64,000 nucleotides of DNA from Lama glama (taxonomy: Eukaryota), in the NCBI GenBank assembly GCA_028534125.1, contig CM052817.1, positions 80,664,001 through 80,728,000 of the forward strand, read 5' to 3'. The position numbers were made by a program, and so were the translations under genes. The notes beneath the pieces are model-generated. The model saw only the letters and a program-made list of their open reading frames with translations. It was not told the DNA's origin and did not search any database. Of this stretch, positions 28,575 through 41,439 are shown piece by piece (positions within the stretch are counted from its first letter, which is position 1; the number at the start of each line of letters is the position of its first letter).

Positions 28575-28760
28575 TGGTCACAGAGGTAGGACTGAAGATT
28601 CAGAATCAGAAGCCCTGAGTTCTAGTCCTTCCTCCATTTCCTTACCTTCAAAAACCTCAGTTCCCTCTCTGAAATAGAGGGAAAGTAAAGCCACGTCTCA
28701 CAGGGAGTTTGGAGAACTAGGTAAGGCAATGTAGGATGTGGAAACTGTCAAAGAATGTTA
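28575..28760 (+). mobile_element. MIR SINE
   Basis: 'gaatcagaagccctgagttctagtcc...acctcagttccctctctgaaatagaggg'. Confidence 0.7.
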
Positions 28761-31062
28761 AAACATTTATTGGTTTATTTAGGAGGTTATGTATGGTGCC
28801 AACAATTATATGGAGAGGATTATCTTGGCTTTCCTGAAAAAGTCTGAGAACTGCAGTGGTGGTATAATTGAAGTGACTTCACTGTTCCATGTGTACACAC
28901 AGGTGCAGATTGAGGCAAGGGGACCCGCAGTGACGTTTAGAGAGTGTCCTCTGGGATAGTTACCTTTTGTGTTCTTGGTAGAACTTCTAAATAATACTGT
29001 TTTTTGTTTTTTAAACTTCCTTTTTTTTCTGCAAGAATTAAAGTAAAATCTAAAAATTCTCACTTTCCCTTAAGGAAGTTAGGGGTATTTCTTAGAAAAG
29101 CAAAAAGCTTAATCACACCATCTGTAGCAGCTTGAAGTAAACTCCTATTATGTTTAACCCGTAACTCGTTTATTTACAATGATCATTCTTCAGATTTTAT
29201 CTTTACTTAGATTTTCAGTTCCCAAAACTCTCTAAATCTTCCAATCTTCTTTAAACCTGCGTATTTTAGTAGAAAGAAAATTTTTTGTTGTTGTTTTTCT
29301 TCCTGTGAGAGGAATACTCCCTACACATGTTTGCCTCTAGGGCTTGAAAAGAAAGGAGAGTGTTTTGCACCCGGAAGCAGAGCTTCCCCCGGCTCCCTTC
29401 CATTCAGCCAGTTGTAGGGCAGGATCTACCCTTTCCATCTCAGAGGTAAGAAAAGACCAGAGCAGATGACTTTGGCAGGTTTGCTGGAGGCCGGCGGCAG
29501 GTTGGCCCCCAGAGTTCAGCGTGACAGGAAGCTAGAGGCTGCGGCTCAGTCTGCTCATCAGGAAGGGCCGGGACTGACGGTCAGTCCTTGCAGCCCTGGA
29601 AAATGTGCACGTATCAGGCTCTGGGGACACAGGGGTTCCAGAACGTCGCAGACATTTGGTCGTCAGCTCTCTCGGTCCCTCATCATTCAGAAAGTTAGAA
29701 AGAAAATAAAAACAAATGAAAACTTTTGAAAATGCACCCAAGTTGTTTCTTTCATTTTCCATTTCTTGGCACAGCACAGTTTTTCAAAATTCTCATGAAG
29801 TGCTCAGTCACCGATATAAGGATGTGGAGAAGAATAATTGCGTGGTCCACACAAACTCTCTTGGGGCAACAAACAACCAGAAAATGAATTGTATTCTGAT
29901 TCAACTTTCTCAAGAAAAGGCATCATAGTAACAGAATATCAATGGAGTTCGTGGACTTCTCTGAGAGGGGAAGAATCGTTAGGACAGTCTGCATTGCCTT
30001 GGGGTGATAGAAGAAAGGTTGGTGGCGGGGAGGGGCTATGAGCCACTGGGTCTTGAGAAGCAACAACAGCACATCAACACAGAAATAAGGGTCAGGAAGC
30101 CAACCTCCTGCACTTGTGGCCACTTCCTTGTCCTGTCTGCTGAGCCGTGCTCTGCAGACACACAGTAATCACCCCAGCGGGTCTAGGGATCAAATGACGG
30201 CAGTGCTGAAGGATTAAGAGCAATTCTATCCTCTTGGCTTGGACTTTGGAATTTTCATTAAAATGACCTTGGGTGTGGTGAGAAAAGAATTCAGGCTACA
30301 GGGATCAAGCCTTACACATCTTACCTGGGAAAACAACCAGAGGGCCCCTTTCAGAAAGAGCCTTCTTTCTGGGCCTCAAGCAGAGCTGTCACACTTGTTT
30401 TTCTAAGAGTTTCTCACATGGGATTAGCCTCCAGATATGCGAAAAGTGAGGAGTTTAAGGGTTTTAGGTAGGCATAAAGAGGGGAGAAAAATAAACCCTA
30501 ACAAGCTAGTGGCAGGCCAGACCTCTTACATTTTCCAAGGTGTGTAATGGTTGACTTGTCTGGAGATTGACTTTCTGCTTCCTCTCCTGATGCCTTGGCC
30601 ATCGATGGGAGAGCTGGTGGTCCACCTGCACATCATGACCAGTTCCTGTGAAGAGGACTGTCTACACACAGACTGCACTGGTTTCACACAGACAGTCCAG
30701 CAGATATGGGCTTATTGGTTGCAGGCCTGAGACTTAGACTGGTAAACCAGAGGAAAGGTAGAGGCCTCAGGAGTTTACTGGTACCCCAAATGGGAGAACT
30801 CAGGAGCAAAAGCAATCTGGTGATGACCAACAAAAGTCTGTGAAAAGAAAATGGATTTTCTCCGAGTGGCTCTTATGTCATGAGCTTGTGGGGTGGGCTA
30901 AGCTGAGGGGGTGCAATCACAGCAAGGTCCTCTTATGCGGTCACTAATGATATCAACACAGGCTGGGAAGTGTCAGTGACCAGAAGTTGGAATAGGGTTC
31001 GACAGTAAAGGTCTGCTGGACAAAATTGCAGGGAAGTTTGGTTGGTTTTGGTCTATGCCCAC

Positions 31063-31182
31063 TGTCTTAGTCAGCTCTAGCTGTGTAACAAAATACCAGA
31101 CTGGGTGGCTTAAATGACAGAAATTAATTTTTTACAGTTCTGGAGGCCGGACGTCTAAGATCAAGGTTCCAGTTGATTTGAT
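31063..31182 (-). mobile_element. MaLR LTR fragment (MLT1A/MST-like 3' end)
   Basis: 'tgtcttagtcagctc...gtaacaaaataccagactgggtggcttaaatgacagaaatt...acagttctggaggc...tctaagatcaagg'. Confidence 0.85.
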
Positions 31183-31184
31183 TT

Positions 31185-33100
31185 TTTAAAATTTAATTTT
31201 ATTATTTATTTCTTTATTGAGGTATAGTCAGTTTACAATGTTGTGTCAATTTCTGGTATACAGCATAATAGTTCAGCCATACATACACATATATTCATTT
31301 TCATATTCTTTTTTATTATAGGTTATTACAAGATATTAAATATAGTTCCTGTTCTATACAGTATAAACTTGTTATTATTTTATATATAGCAGTTAGTATC
31401 TGCAAATCTCAAACTCCCAGTTTATCCCTTCCCACTCCCTTTCTCCCGGTAACCATAAGTTTGTTTTCTATGCCTGTGACTCTGTTTCTGTTTTGTAAAT
31501 AAGTTCATTTGTCTTTTTTTAGATTCCACATATAAGTGATAACATGTGGTATTTTTCTTTCTCTGTCTGGCTTACTTTACTTCGAATGATGATCTCTGGG
31601 TCCATTCATGTTGCTGCAAATGGCAGTATGTTATTCTTTTTAATGGCTAAATAGTATTCCATTGTATAAATATATCACAACTTCTTTATCCAGTCATCTG
31701 TTGATGGACATTTAGGTTGTTTCCATGTCTTGGCTATTGTAAATAGTGCTGCTATGAACATTGGGGTGTATGTAGCTTTTTGAATTAAGTTTTCCTCTGA
31801 ACATATGCCTAGGAGTGGGATTGCTGGATTAAATGGTAAGTCTATTTTTAGTCTTTTGAGGAATCTCCGTACTGTTTTCCATAATGGTTGCACCAACTAC
31901 ATTCCCACCAACAGTGTTCCCTTTTCTCCACACCCTCTCCAATATTTATCATTTGTGGACTTTTGAGTGATGGCTGTTCTGACTGGTGTGAGGTGATACT
32001 TCATTGTAGTTTTGATTTGCATTTCTCTGAAATTAGCAAAGTTGAGCATTTTTCCATGTGCCTATTGGCCATTTGTATGCCTTCATTGGAGAATTCAGTG
32101 TGTAGGTCTTCTGCCCATTTTTGGATTGAGGTTTTTTTTATTAGTAAGTTGTATGAGCTGCTTATGTATTCTGGAAATTAAGCCCTTGTCAGTCTCATCT
32201 TTTGCAAATATTTTCTCCCATTCCATAGGTTGCCTTTTTGTTTTGCTTATGGTTTTCTTTGCTGTGCAAAAGCTTATAAGTTTAATTAGATTCCATTTGT
32301 TTATTTTTGCTTTTATTTTTATTGTCTGTGTAGACTGCCTTTGGAGAACATTGCTAAGATTTATGCCAGATAATGTTTTGCCTATGTTTTCTACTAAGAG
32401 GTTTATAGTGACTTGTCTTATGTTTAAGTCTTTAAGCCATTTTGAGTTTATTTTTGTACATGGTGTGAGGGAGAATTTTAACCATTGATTTACATGCAGC
32501 TGTCCAGTTTTCCCAACACCATTTGCTGAAGAGACTGTCTTTACTCCATTGTATGTTCTTGCCTCCTTTGTCAAAGTTTAATTGACCAAAAGTTTGTGAG
32601 TTTATTTCTGGGCTCTCTATTCTATTCCATTCCATTGATCTATGTGTCTGTTTTTGTACCAATACCATGCTGTTTTGATTACTGTGGCTCCATAGTATTG
32701 TCTGAAGTCTGGGAGAGTTATTCTTCCAGCTTCATTCTTTTTCTTCAGTATTGCTTTTGCAATTCTAGGTCTTTTCTGATTCCATATTAATTTTAGGATT
32801 ATTTGTTCTACTTCTGTGAAAAATGTCCTGGGTAATTTGATAGGGATCACATTAAATCTGTAGATTGCTTTGGGTAGTATGAACATTTTAACAACATTAA
32901 TTCTTCCAATTCAAGAACTTTGGAATAACTTTCTATTTCTCTAAGTCATTTCTAATTTTCTTAGTCAGTGACTTGTAGTTCTCTGTGTATAGATCTTTCA
33001 CTTCCTTGGTCAGATTTATTCCTAAGTATTTTATTTTTTTGGATGCAATTTTAAAAGGGACTGTTTCTTTATTTTCTTTTTCTGATATTTCATTGTTAAT
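31185..33100 (-). mobile_element. 5'-truncated L1, ~1.9 kb (ORF2 C-terminal part + 3' UTR), frameshifted
   Basis: Track ORFs 32933-33121, 32617-32886, 32432-32668, 32095-32574 and 31675-31896 (-) give consecutive ORF2 peptides ([73 protein letters not shown]). Confidence 0.97.
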
Positions 33101-33789
33101 AGTTTTGTACCCAACTAGCAATTCTATTCTAAATTTATCTTTTGCAAATGTTTGTGGATATCTAATTCTTCAAATGCTGTTTGAACCAGCTTATCCTCTT
33201 ATTGGTCTCCTCACTTTTGAGTTAAATAAGACTTTGACACCTGTTCTATAATTATATGAGAATCCTACTTTTAGCTTCTTGAAAATTTCACTCTAACTGC
33301 CTCTAAGATTCAGTTAGATGTTGCATTCCACCCACTGCTTCATCTCATCATGGTCTGAGCTCTCTGCTTCCAATCACCAGAGTTATTTTGACCATTCCTA
33401 ACCCTCTTGAGCTGCCTTCATGTTTCAGAGTCGAATGTTGCAGAATCAGGTATATTTTTGTGTTTTAATTAAAAAAACTTTTTTCAACATCTGCTTTTTT
33501 GAAGTCTAAGGCCATTACCTGAATATGTCTTATGTTTCTTTCTTTGACTTTCATGAACTCTAAAGGTGAAAAGTTTCTGCTTTAACTTTGCCTAAAATAT
33601 TTCCTTGCCTTGTTGATTAAAACTTGGTCTAGAGTAATGATTATTCCAGTTGATGCTTAATTCTATAAATTTAATATGAGAACTGACTTTGTAAAAATTC
33701 TTGATGACTGACAAATGAGCTGTTGGATTCTCTGTTGATCAAATCTCCTGTAAGTAAAACTTAGATGTGATTCACTTTGATAATACATA

Positions 33790-34130
33790 AATATTTTAAT
33801 TTTAAAAAGTCACACATGCTTATTAAAAAAGGGCATGAAGGAAGAAAAACAAATCAAGCATAATTCTGCTACTCAAAGGAAACCACTAGTTGAAATTTAA
33901 ATGTTAATTGTTATTTTTTCTATGTATAACTTTTCAAAAAATAATTGTATTCATATTGCAAATAAAATTTTATAGCATATATATTTTTCACTTAATATTG
34001 CATTCTGATCCTTTTCCATATTATTGCACTCTTATATATATAATTTTTAAGTAGCAGAACTCATAACCATCAAAGAATTAAACACGATTCTTAATTATTG
34101 TCCTTTCTTGAATTTTTTGATTTTGATTAA
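33790..34130 (-). mobile_element. Old L1 (L1ME-like) 3' fragment
   Basis: AT-rich 'ttttttcacttaatattgcatt...ttttccatattatt' pattern. Confidence 0.5.
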
Positions 34131-34503
34131 ATTCTTTCATTTCAGTTACTTAGAAAATGAGTTGTTTGAGAGCACAGTGAAAAATTTCTTCAGTTGATAT
34201 GAAATATTTAATGGCTTAAGTATAAATTCTGTGTCACTTAAAAAAAAAAAAAAGAAATACTGGTACCTTCTGCAATAGTCCGCTACTGTGATATGCTTTA
34301 CTGTCCTGGAGAAGCAGAGTGACTTCTTCCTTTCTGGTGCTCCCAGGCACTGCAGGGGTTGAGGAAGAGTTACAGCCATTATAATTTTGAGTGGATGAAA
34401 GTTATGTCACATTCTCAATCTCCCTTCTCCTGTTTGGCATTTCTTTTTCCTTCTTGAAATCTCAATACCCTAATTCATTATGATTCTTGTCTTAGCTGTC
34501 ACG

Positions 34504-34663
34504 CAGGGTCAGGACTAGAGCCAGGCTAGAGAGGTTCCTAGGGTGCAAAATTTAAGGAGGCATTCACTCTCTGGAGCGTACAAGTACACAGGGTCAACCC
34601 CTGAGACTGAGCGCCTCTTTAAATTTTGCACTCTGTGTGCCTCCCTTACTCTGATCTCCCCTG
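34504..34663. mobile_element. Palindromic hAT-type MITE (MER96-like)
   Basis: CAGGG...CCCTG termini; inverted arms 34543-34571 and 34603-34631 match at 25/29 positions. Confidence 0.8.
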
Positions 34664-34769
34664 TTTAGAGAAGTGAAATCCTGGGAAGCAAGGCGTGATG
34701 TTAGCCTGACCCTGATCGTGAGTGATTGTCTGTTTGGACTCAGACCTTTGCTACTGGATGTATGTATGT

Positions 34770-34915
34770 ATAGATCGTGGATCAGCAGTACCACCTGGGA
34801 GCTTGTCAGAAATACAAAGTCAGGACCCCCTTTTCAGACTTACAAAACAGAAATCTGCATTTTAGGAAGATCTTGGTGATTCTTACATGTATTATATTTT
34901 GAAAAGTATCGCTCT
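34770..34915. mobile_element. MER5A-like hAT-Charlie element
   Basis: 'cagcagtaccacctgggagcttgtcagaaatacaaa...cagaaatctgcattttag...ggtgattc'. Confidence 0.8.
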
Positions 34916-35684
34916 CGGGAATTGTCATTGTGACGGAGGTTGCTGCCTCCGGCACAGGTCTCGGGTGTATGGACATCCCGAACCCCTTTTGGGAGGTAGC
35001 TGTTGCGATGAAAGGGGAGGTCCGAAGAAAGGGTTTGAATATTTGTACATTTTATTATGGTTTCACGCCTGTTCTTCATGGAAACAAAACTTCAGATGGC
35101 AGGATACACTTGAGCATTAAATGCTCCCAGCTTTGGAAATGACTCCATTTACAATGATTTTTCCCCCTGACTTTACTGTTGACTTCAATACTTGCATTGC
35201 TATTTTTCAAACATTTATTTTTCTGCACACACATAGTTGGCAGTGATAATGTAAAAGCTAGTCAGTGATATGTAAAAAGTTTATCTTCACCTGTATTTGT
35301 CAGGCAAGATGAAGATAGTGAGATATCCTTCCACCACCAGAATGGGTCGTGTATTCTCGTCACACTTATGTGTGAGAAGCACACACATGCACGCACACAC
35401 ACAAAATAGAATTCTGGCTCTGTTATGCCCATAAGAAACGACAGTTAGCAAGAGGAAAGGGGTATTGAAATAAGGAGAAGCAGAGAATTAAGGAGAACAT
35501 ACAAGTGATACAATTCAGCTAAGAGTTTGGGGAATTTTCCTTGGAGATTCTGCTATAGGCGATGAGTCTTGAAGTCCACCAGGTGAGGAGAAAGAAAGAG
35601 GAAAAGTGCTTTAGTTAAAGGAACCAGCGTGGCCTTGGGTGGGCAAAGGTCCACTGTCTCTTAGATTTACTGCCTTTCCATTCT

Positions 35685-35845
35685 TTATTTTTTATTGTAT
35701 TATTTTTACTTTATTCTCTTGTGGTAAGAACATTTAATGTGAGATCTGTCCTCTTAACAAAATTTTAAGTGTATAATGCAATATTGTTAATTATAGGGAC
35801 GATGTTGTACAGCAGATTTTCGGAACTTATTCATTCTGTGCACTT
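35685..35845 (-). mobile_element. L1 3' terminus (L1MA-like)
   Basis: 'gtggtaagaacatttaatgtgagatctgtcctcttaacaaaattttaagtgtataatgcaatattgttaattatagg' with T-rich tail. Confidence 0.85.
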
Positions 35846-36129
35846 GAGTCTCCTCTCTATTTTTAACCACATTTTTTTATCCCCCACTATCTCCTAGGTT
35901 CTATGCACAGGCACCTTAAGCATCTCATTGATCCTTTTTTTCGAAGTGCTTTGGGGGCTGTCTGACTTGTAACACTTTTGATCCTTGGATGTGTTTTACT
36001 GCTTGCCCTCTGGCTCCGGTTACTTGTTGCCCATCCCAGTGTCAAGGTCCTCACTAAAAGAGCCAGTCTGCTTAAGGAGGGCCAGGAGGTAAGACTGAAG
36101 AAATAGGCACCGTGTGGTTCATTAAGTCC

Positions 36130-36435
36130 CTTAGATACCATGATACCATGTTTGAAATTTATCCACAAGGTTATGGGAGCCATTGAAGTACTCGTAACAT
36201 TATTAGGTTTAGGCTACATGAAGATCATTGTGGGAGAATGGTTTGCAGGGGTCAGGTCAGCTGGCAGGAAGAATAAGCATGAGGCCATTGTAATTATCTA
36301 GACAAGAAGCACTGAGGGCCTGAACTAAGGCTGCAGTAGTTGGGAATAGAGGAAAGAAGAAGGATTTTAGATTATTTAAAGCAGAATAGAGTGACTGATT
36401 ACTACCAGTGAAGGAAACTTTCAGTTTGTGTGATG
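36130..36435 (-). mobile_element. L2 fragment
   Basis: 'atgggagccattgaag...gaggccattgtaattatctagacaaga...gagggcctgaactaagg'. Confidence 0.75.
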
Positions 36436-38179
36436 GGTTTAGAGTGGCCGATTTGTTTCTCTTCTTTCATTCTTGGTAAATTGCATAAGATTCAGGTTCT
36501 AAGCTTCTAGCAGCAATGTCGCTAAGAGAGCCTGGCACTGAACCTGGAAGAGCTGTTCTGAATCTTTCCCCTCTATGTTCTTCTCATGAACAACTGAGTA
36601 GATTGTTTGAATTGCTTCCGATTCTTCGTGGATGGGGAAGAGGCAGGGGCGTGTATTCTCTTGTCCACGGTGAACCTGAGAATTGACCCAGGTTCTTATC
36701 GCTTAGTTCAATACCTCTGCTTCTTTGTATTGTTTTATTTACATGAGAAAAATTTGAGGCTGTATTCAGCAAAGCTTGGTACATGTTTCTTGGGAAGCAT
36801 TTCCATTTGGGAGAGTAGTTTTAAAAGTAAAATACTGTGTTTCTGTAGTTGTCCTGATACAATCTTTATTATGTTGTTAATGGTAAAAGGAACCAAAAAA
36901 ACCCCACAAAAAAACAAGGTCAAGCAAAATCTTTCTAATGGTGATACTAAAACAATTCCCCTTTATACAGACAAATTTGTAAAGGAGAAGTATTTATTTT
37001 AAAAGATGGTTTTTAGTTCTATGGTCAGGTATTTGCTGAAAACAAAGCTGAAAAAAAGCCCACAGGCACAAAACCAGCTTTGAAAGTGGGAACCCAAATG
37101 CAGCCCCACTGACAATGTGCCGCAGGTGGACACCACATGGAAGGATGAAGGAATGTGATTGTGAGGGCCATGCTGACAGTTCCGTGTCCATAATCTATTC
37201 CTCTTAAATTTGATCTGTGCATCTGGTCTGTATTTGTGCACATCTTTTTCCTGCAGGAACTTAGAGTTCTTGAAGTAGGTCAAGAGTGTCTGGGCTACAG
37301 AGCCTCCTGCTGGGGAGAGATGACGGGGTGGTGTGAATGGCTGGCAAGCTCTGGAGGCCCTGGATTCTGCAGGGCTTGTGAGAGCATCTAAGGGTGCTTG
37401 AGCATCCCCACCTCTGAGAAGAGGATTCCTGGGGACTATGCATACTTCAAAAAGGACAAGGCATGTCCCACTTCCTGTAAGCTGTGAAAGTCAAGGGCTG
37501 TGTTCCCCTAATGCAGACTTAGTTTAGGACAGGGGTTGAAACCCACACCGTTAGTACCGAGCCAAAGGTCCTCTGCCACGACAGCCTGTAACAAGCCAAG
37601 AAGAAATAATTTGATAACAGAAGATCCAGAGACACGTAACCTGGATAACCATCACTTGCAGAGTAGAATAAGCTCTAACCAAGCGCACGTCTCAGGGTTG
37701 GTGTCTTAGCCTGTTAAATCACTTCTCAGCAAGTTCATCCTAATAGGAACTTCTCAAGGCATGACTAACAGAGATGTCTGTCCATCTCTACACATGGTGA
37801 GGAGGACCCTTAAGAGAGCTGCTACTTTTCCTGTATTTCCTAGTAGGAAGTATGTTTAGAGTCTTATGTCAGGAGATGTGGCTTGGGTTTACAAAGTGTG
37901 ACCCAGAGCAAGAGGAGTTCATAGTGGTTCTTCAGCTCAGATTTGACCACCGTCTGAATTTTCAAGGAACGACTGATTGGATTGTTTCAACAGTTTCTAA
38001 GTTCCCTTCCTCACGCTGAGTCCTTTCGCCATCCTACTGTTATCATCCAGTTACACTGATGGGGGTCTGCTTTGTTTTAAAATATGTCACGTGTCTTTTT
38101 TCTTGGTCCTTTTTTTTTCTTTCAGTGACAAGCTTTCTGAAGTTGCAGTTTAGCATTCTTCATGCCATTGGGCACTCAC

Positions 38180-38370
38180 TCCATTCTGCCATTTGTAGCT
38201 ATTAACCTCTGGCAATTTACTAATGTCTTCTGTGTGTCAGTTTTCCCAGCTGAGATATGGGGAAAAGAAATGCCTTGTCGTGTTGTTTCAAGGGTTCCAT
38301 CAGCAAATGTTTGCAAAGCCCTTAGAACAGCTCTGAACACAGGGCGAGGGTTGAATAGGCGTTAGCTCTC
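38180..38370 (+). mobile_element. MIR SINE
   Basis: 'tctgccatttgtagct...tcagttttcccagctgagatatgggg...gcaaagcccttagaacag'. Confidence 0.75.
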
Positions 38371-38905
38371 GTTTCTCCTTCTCGTATTGAACTGAGCATC
38401 CATGTTGGAATTTTGCGTTAGCACATCTGTCATGACTCTTGTACAATTTCACCAGTGTTTTGGTTTTGCTACCTTGGAACAGCCAGGCCCAAGAGCAGTT
38501 ATAATTTCAAGCTATTTCTTAATAGGCTTTTATTTATCATCTGTTATCTATGTTGTAGAACCACGAGATACTCAGGACTATCTCTAGATAAAACGCACAT
38601 CTGTGCACCCGACGGTCCCAGGTGGGCCTGTGAAGGTGAGATGTGTTGATTTAGCCAAGTTCCCTGGTTTCTGGAACGTGAAAACTGCTTGGTAGAGTGA
38701 CTAATGGCGGTTTGCCCCGTCCTGCCTCATGGAGTCAAGCCTCGGTCAGACTTGAGGTCGCATCAGTGAGCATCACTACAACCAAGCCCTGGGTGAAACT
38801 GGGAGTGGAAAGCATGTGCCTGGCATCATCAGGCTGACTTGCACCCCTGCTGTTCACCCTGGAGGCCATGAGCAAGCACCTCCAAAGCGTCAGCTAGTCC
38901 CTGGG

Positions 38906-38924
38906 CTGCCACTAGAGGGCGCAG
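38906..38924 (+). promoter_or_regulatory. Candidate CTCF binding site
   Basis: CTGCCACTAGAGGGCGCAG closely matches the CTCF core consensus (CCACYAGRKGGCRC), in apparently unique DNA, with its CpG retained. Confidence 0.6.
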
Positions 38925-39069
38925 TATGGACATGGCTACGAATTGTGCTCAGACCAGGATGCAGTGATCCTTACCCTAAGGCTGGATTTCAAGGCTCTTT
39001 GAGGAGATGAGAAAACTCCTGAAGAACAGGAAAGACTGCGGAACCTAGAATGGAAATTCTTTGAGAGAA

Positions 39070-39292
39070 ATAATAGTGATAACAGCCATCATTTGTTGGC
39101 ATTTATTAGGAGGCAGGTATGATTTAACTGCATTTATCTCCTTGAATCCTCACCGTCACTCAGGGAAGGGCTTTATTATCGCCTTCATGGATAGATGAGG
39201 AAGTGGAGGCTTCGAGGAGCTGACCCAGAGGCACATAGCCTTTCTGTGGAGGAGCTGGTGTTTAACCCAGGCCTTTGTGAATCCAAAGACTT
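39070..39292 (-). mobile_element. MIR SINE
   Basis: 'tgaatcctcac...agatgaggaagtggaggcttcgagg...gagctggtgtttaacccagg...tccaaag'. Confidence 0.85.
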
Positions 39293-40094
39293 CTTTGCTT
39301 ATGTTTTAAATCTTAACCCTAATATGTACAGTGAAGAAGGACTAAGGTTACCGCTGAAGAAGAGCAGCAGTTCACAGGAGCCCGGCCGCCAGGAAGGGTT
39401 TCAGAAAGTCACCCAACTTTGAAACATATCTCAGCTCTCTTCTTCCTGGCGATTTAAGCAAAAGGCTTGGGTTTCAACCTCTCATGCTGAACCTCCGGTC
39501 ACAGAATGGGTTTCTGTGGAACCCCGTCCATCTGGAAAAAAGGCCTTTGCTGGGAGAAAGAAGTTAAAGCAAGAACCCACAAAGGGCATTGGACTCCCTC
39601 TTGTATTATCACTGAGTTTTCACAGGCCTGGCAGTAAAGGGAGTGCCTGTGTCGGCGAGTGCCCCTCCAAACGTGATTTGGTGGAGGTTGTACCGCACAC
39701 GTTCACCTGAGGACCATTGCTTGAGGGCAGCGTCTCCAGGTGGGTCTTCGAGACCCTCTCTTGTGGCTGTGGGCACACAGGAACTGTCTCCCCCTGGAAG
39801 GGCTTGGTGGCTGGAAAAAGACATCAGACAAAGATAAGGATGTCCTGGCTCCGTTTCTGATGACGGTAACATTGTTATACCTCACTCTTTGTGGTTAAGT
39901 TTTTATCAAGATACTTTTCCATTTTGACTGAAACCATCAGGTTCAGTTAAGACTACTAGCCGCTTCTCCCAGTGGCCCTCGGCCCCCAGAGCAGTGCTGA
40001 CAGTGAGCTGCCACAACCGAAGTGAAAGTGAGGCTCCACAAAGGACACCAAGAGGCACTTTACAAAACTGAAATGAAAATTGTCTTTTTTTTTA

Positions 40095-40238
40095 ATCAGA
40101 TGGCATTGATCAAAACCACTAATAATATTCAGCGTTGATAGAAGTGTGGGGAAATGGCATTCCTATGTTGATAGTGGGGGCTCTAATAGCAGAATCTTTT
40201 GGGAGATTATTTAGTAGTATCTATTAAAATTAAACATT
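40095..40238 (+). mobile_element. Old L1 ORF2 C-terminal fragment
   Basis: 'gtgtggggaaatggcattc...ttttgggagattatttagtagtatctattaaaatt'. Confidence 0.6.
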
Positions 40239-40239
40239 T

Positions 40240-41030
40240 TAATGGGAAGACTTCTAATGTTTCACCATTAAATATAACTTGCTGGCATTCTCTTTTCATT
40301 CCTTGTTTTGGGTGTACTCATCATCTTCCTAAGGGAATATCCCTCCACTGTTATTTTCTGTTATGAATCAAATTTGAATTTCATTGAATACTTTTCCAGT
40401 ATCTATTGAGATGGTCACAGTTTTCCCTTTTAAATCCATTAGAGTAATGAATTTTATTGGTAGAATTTCTAATGACAAATCATTCTAGCTCTTTTGGAGT
40501 AAACAAACTTGGTGTAACATCACTTTCGTTAATTACTGGATTTGGCTTGCTAATATTTGGTTCAGCATTTTACATCAGTGTTCATACAAGGGATTCGCCT
40601 GGCACATTCCTTGTTTAATTTTGGAACCAAGAGTGTAACAATCCCGTAAAATGAGTTGAAAACTTTTATTTTTAGGTTTTTTTTTTTTTGGAAAGAGCTT
40701 GCGTAATATTGGAATTCTCTGTTTCTTGAATGTTTTGATGAAACTTAAAAAACTATCAGATCCCAGTTATTTTATTTTTCCTTCATGATACATTTTTACT
40801 TACTCTTTTTTTTTCCGCTCAATTTATTTAGTGTTATAGGACAATTTGGACTTTTTCTTTTAACAAAAAGCAGTTTTGGTAAAATCATTTTATGTGAAGT
40901 TTTTTTCTTAGTATTCTCTTTAATTTCTGTTGTATCTGGTAGTGTTGTCCATTGTTCATTCTTACTGTTGTTTGTTTGTGGCGTTCTCTCTCCTTCCTTT
41001 ATTTCTCTCTCTCTCTTTCATCTTGTTTAC
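40240..41030 (-). mobile_element. Old L1 ORF2 fragment
   Basis: 'aatgggaagacttctaatgtttcaccattaaatata...tatctattgagatggtc...tggatttggcttgctaatattt'. Confidence 0.75.
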
Positions 41031-41060
41031 TATTAGCAAATTAGCAAATGTGTACACTTG

Positions 41061-41340
41061 CAGGGCTTCCTCTAACATTTGTGGGGCCCATTGTGAAAGC
41101 ATGAGTGGAGGGCCACATATTATAAGTCTAAATATTTTAAAATTGTAAGTTAAACTAATAGAATGTTAGGTAAAATATGTTCTATCCTCCTACTTTGACA
41201 CTTGTGACTTCATAATGACCAGGAACGTGTGTTGGAATTTGGAATTTTTGGAATCTTTAAAGTTCCGTGCAGGATATGACAGCACAGGGGGAGCTGGCTC
41301 CTGGCCTGTTCCTTCTTCTCTTCCCACCCCAACTCTGTCA
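41061..41340 (+). mobile_element. hAT-Tip100 element (MER115-like)
   Basis: 'cagggcttcctctaacatttgtggggccc...gtctaaatattttaaaatt...taaaatatgttctatcctcctactttgaca'. Confidence 0.7.
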
Positions 41341-41439
41341 ACAATTGTCTGTGAACCAAAGGCCATAAATAATGTTGAAATTTGTGGTACATCTATTCTA
41401 TAGAAATTTATTAGTCTGTCTTAGAAAGGTGTGTCAGAT

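Noticed and set aside
29571..29587. Perfect palindrome GGACTGAC-G-GTCAGTCC (similar 8-bp stems near 52368 and 59214)
   Set aside because: About one 8-bp-arm palindrome per loop size is expected by chance in 64 kb.
30250..31060. Possible LTR or CR1 relic
   Set aside because: Only vague resemblance; I could not support a family or boundaries.
31675..33121. Cluster of protein-like ORFs as a host gene
   Set aside because: Frameshifted fragments of L1 ORF2; the + strand ORFs here are just antisense L1.
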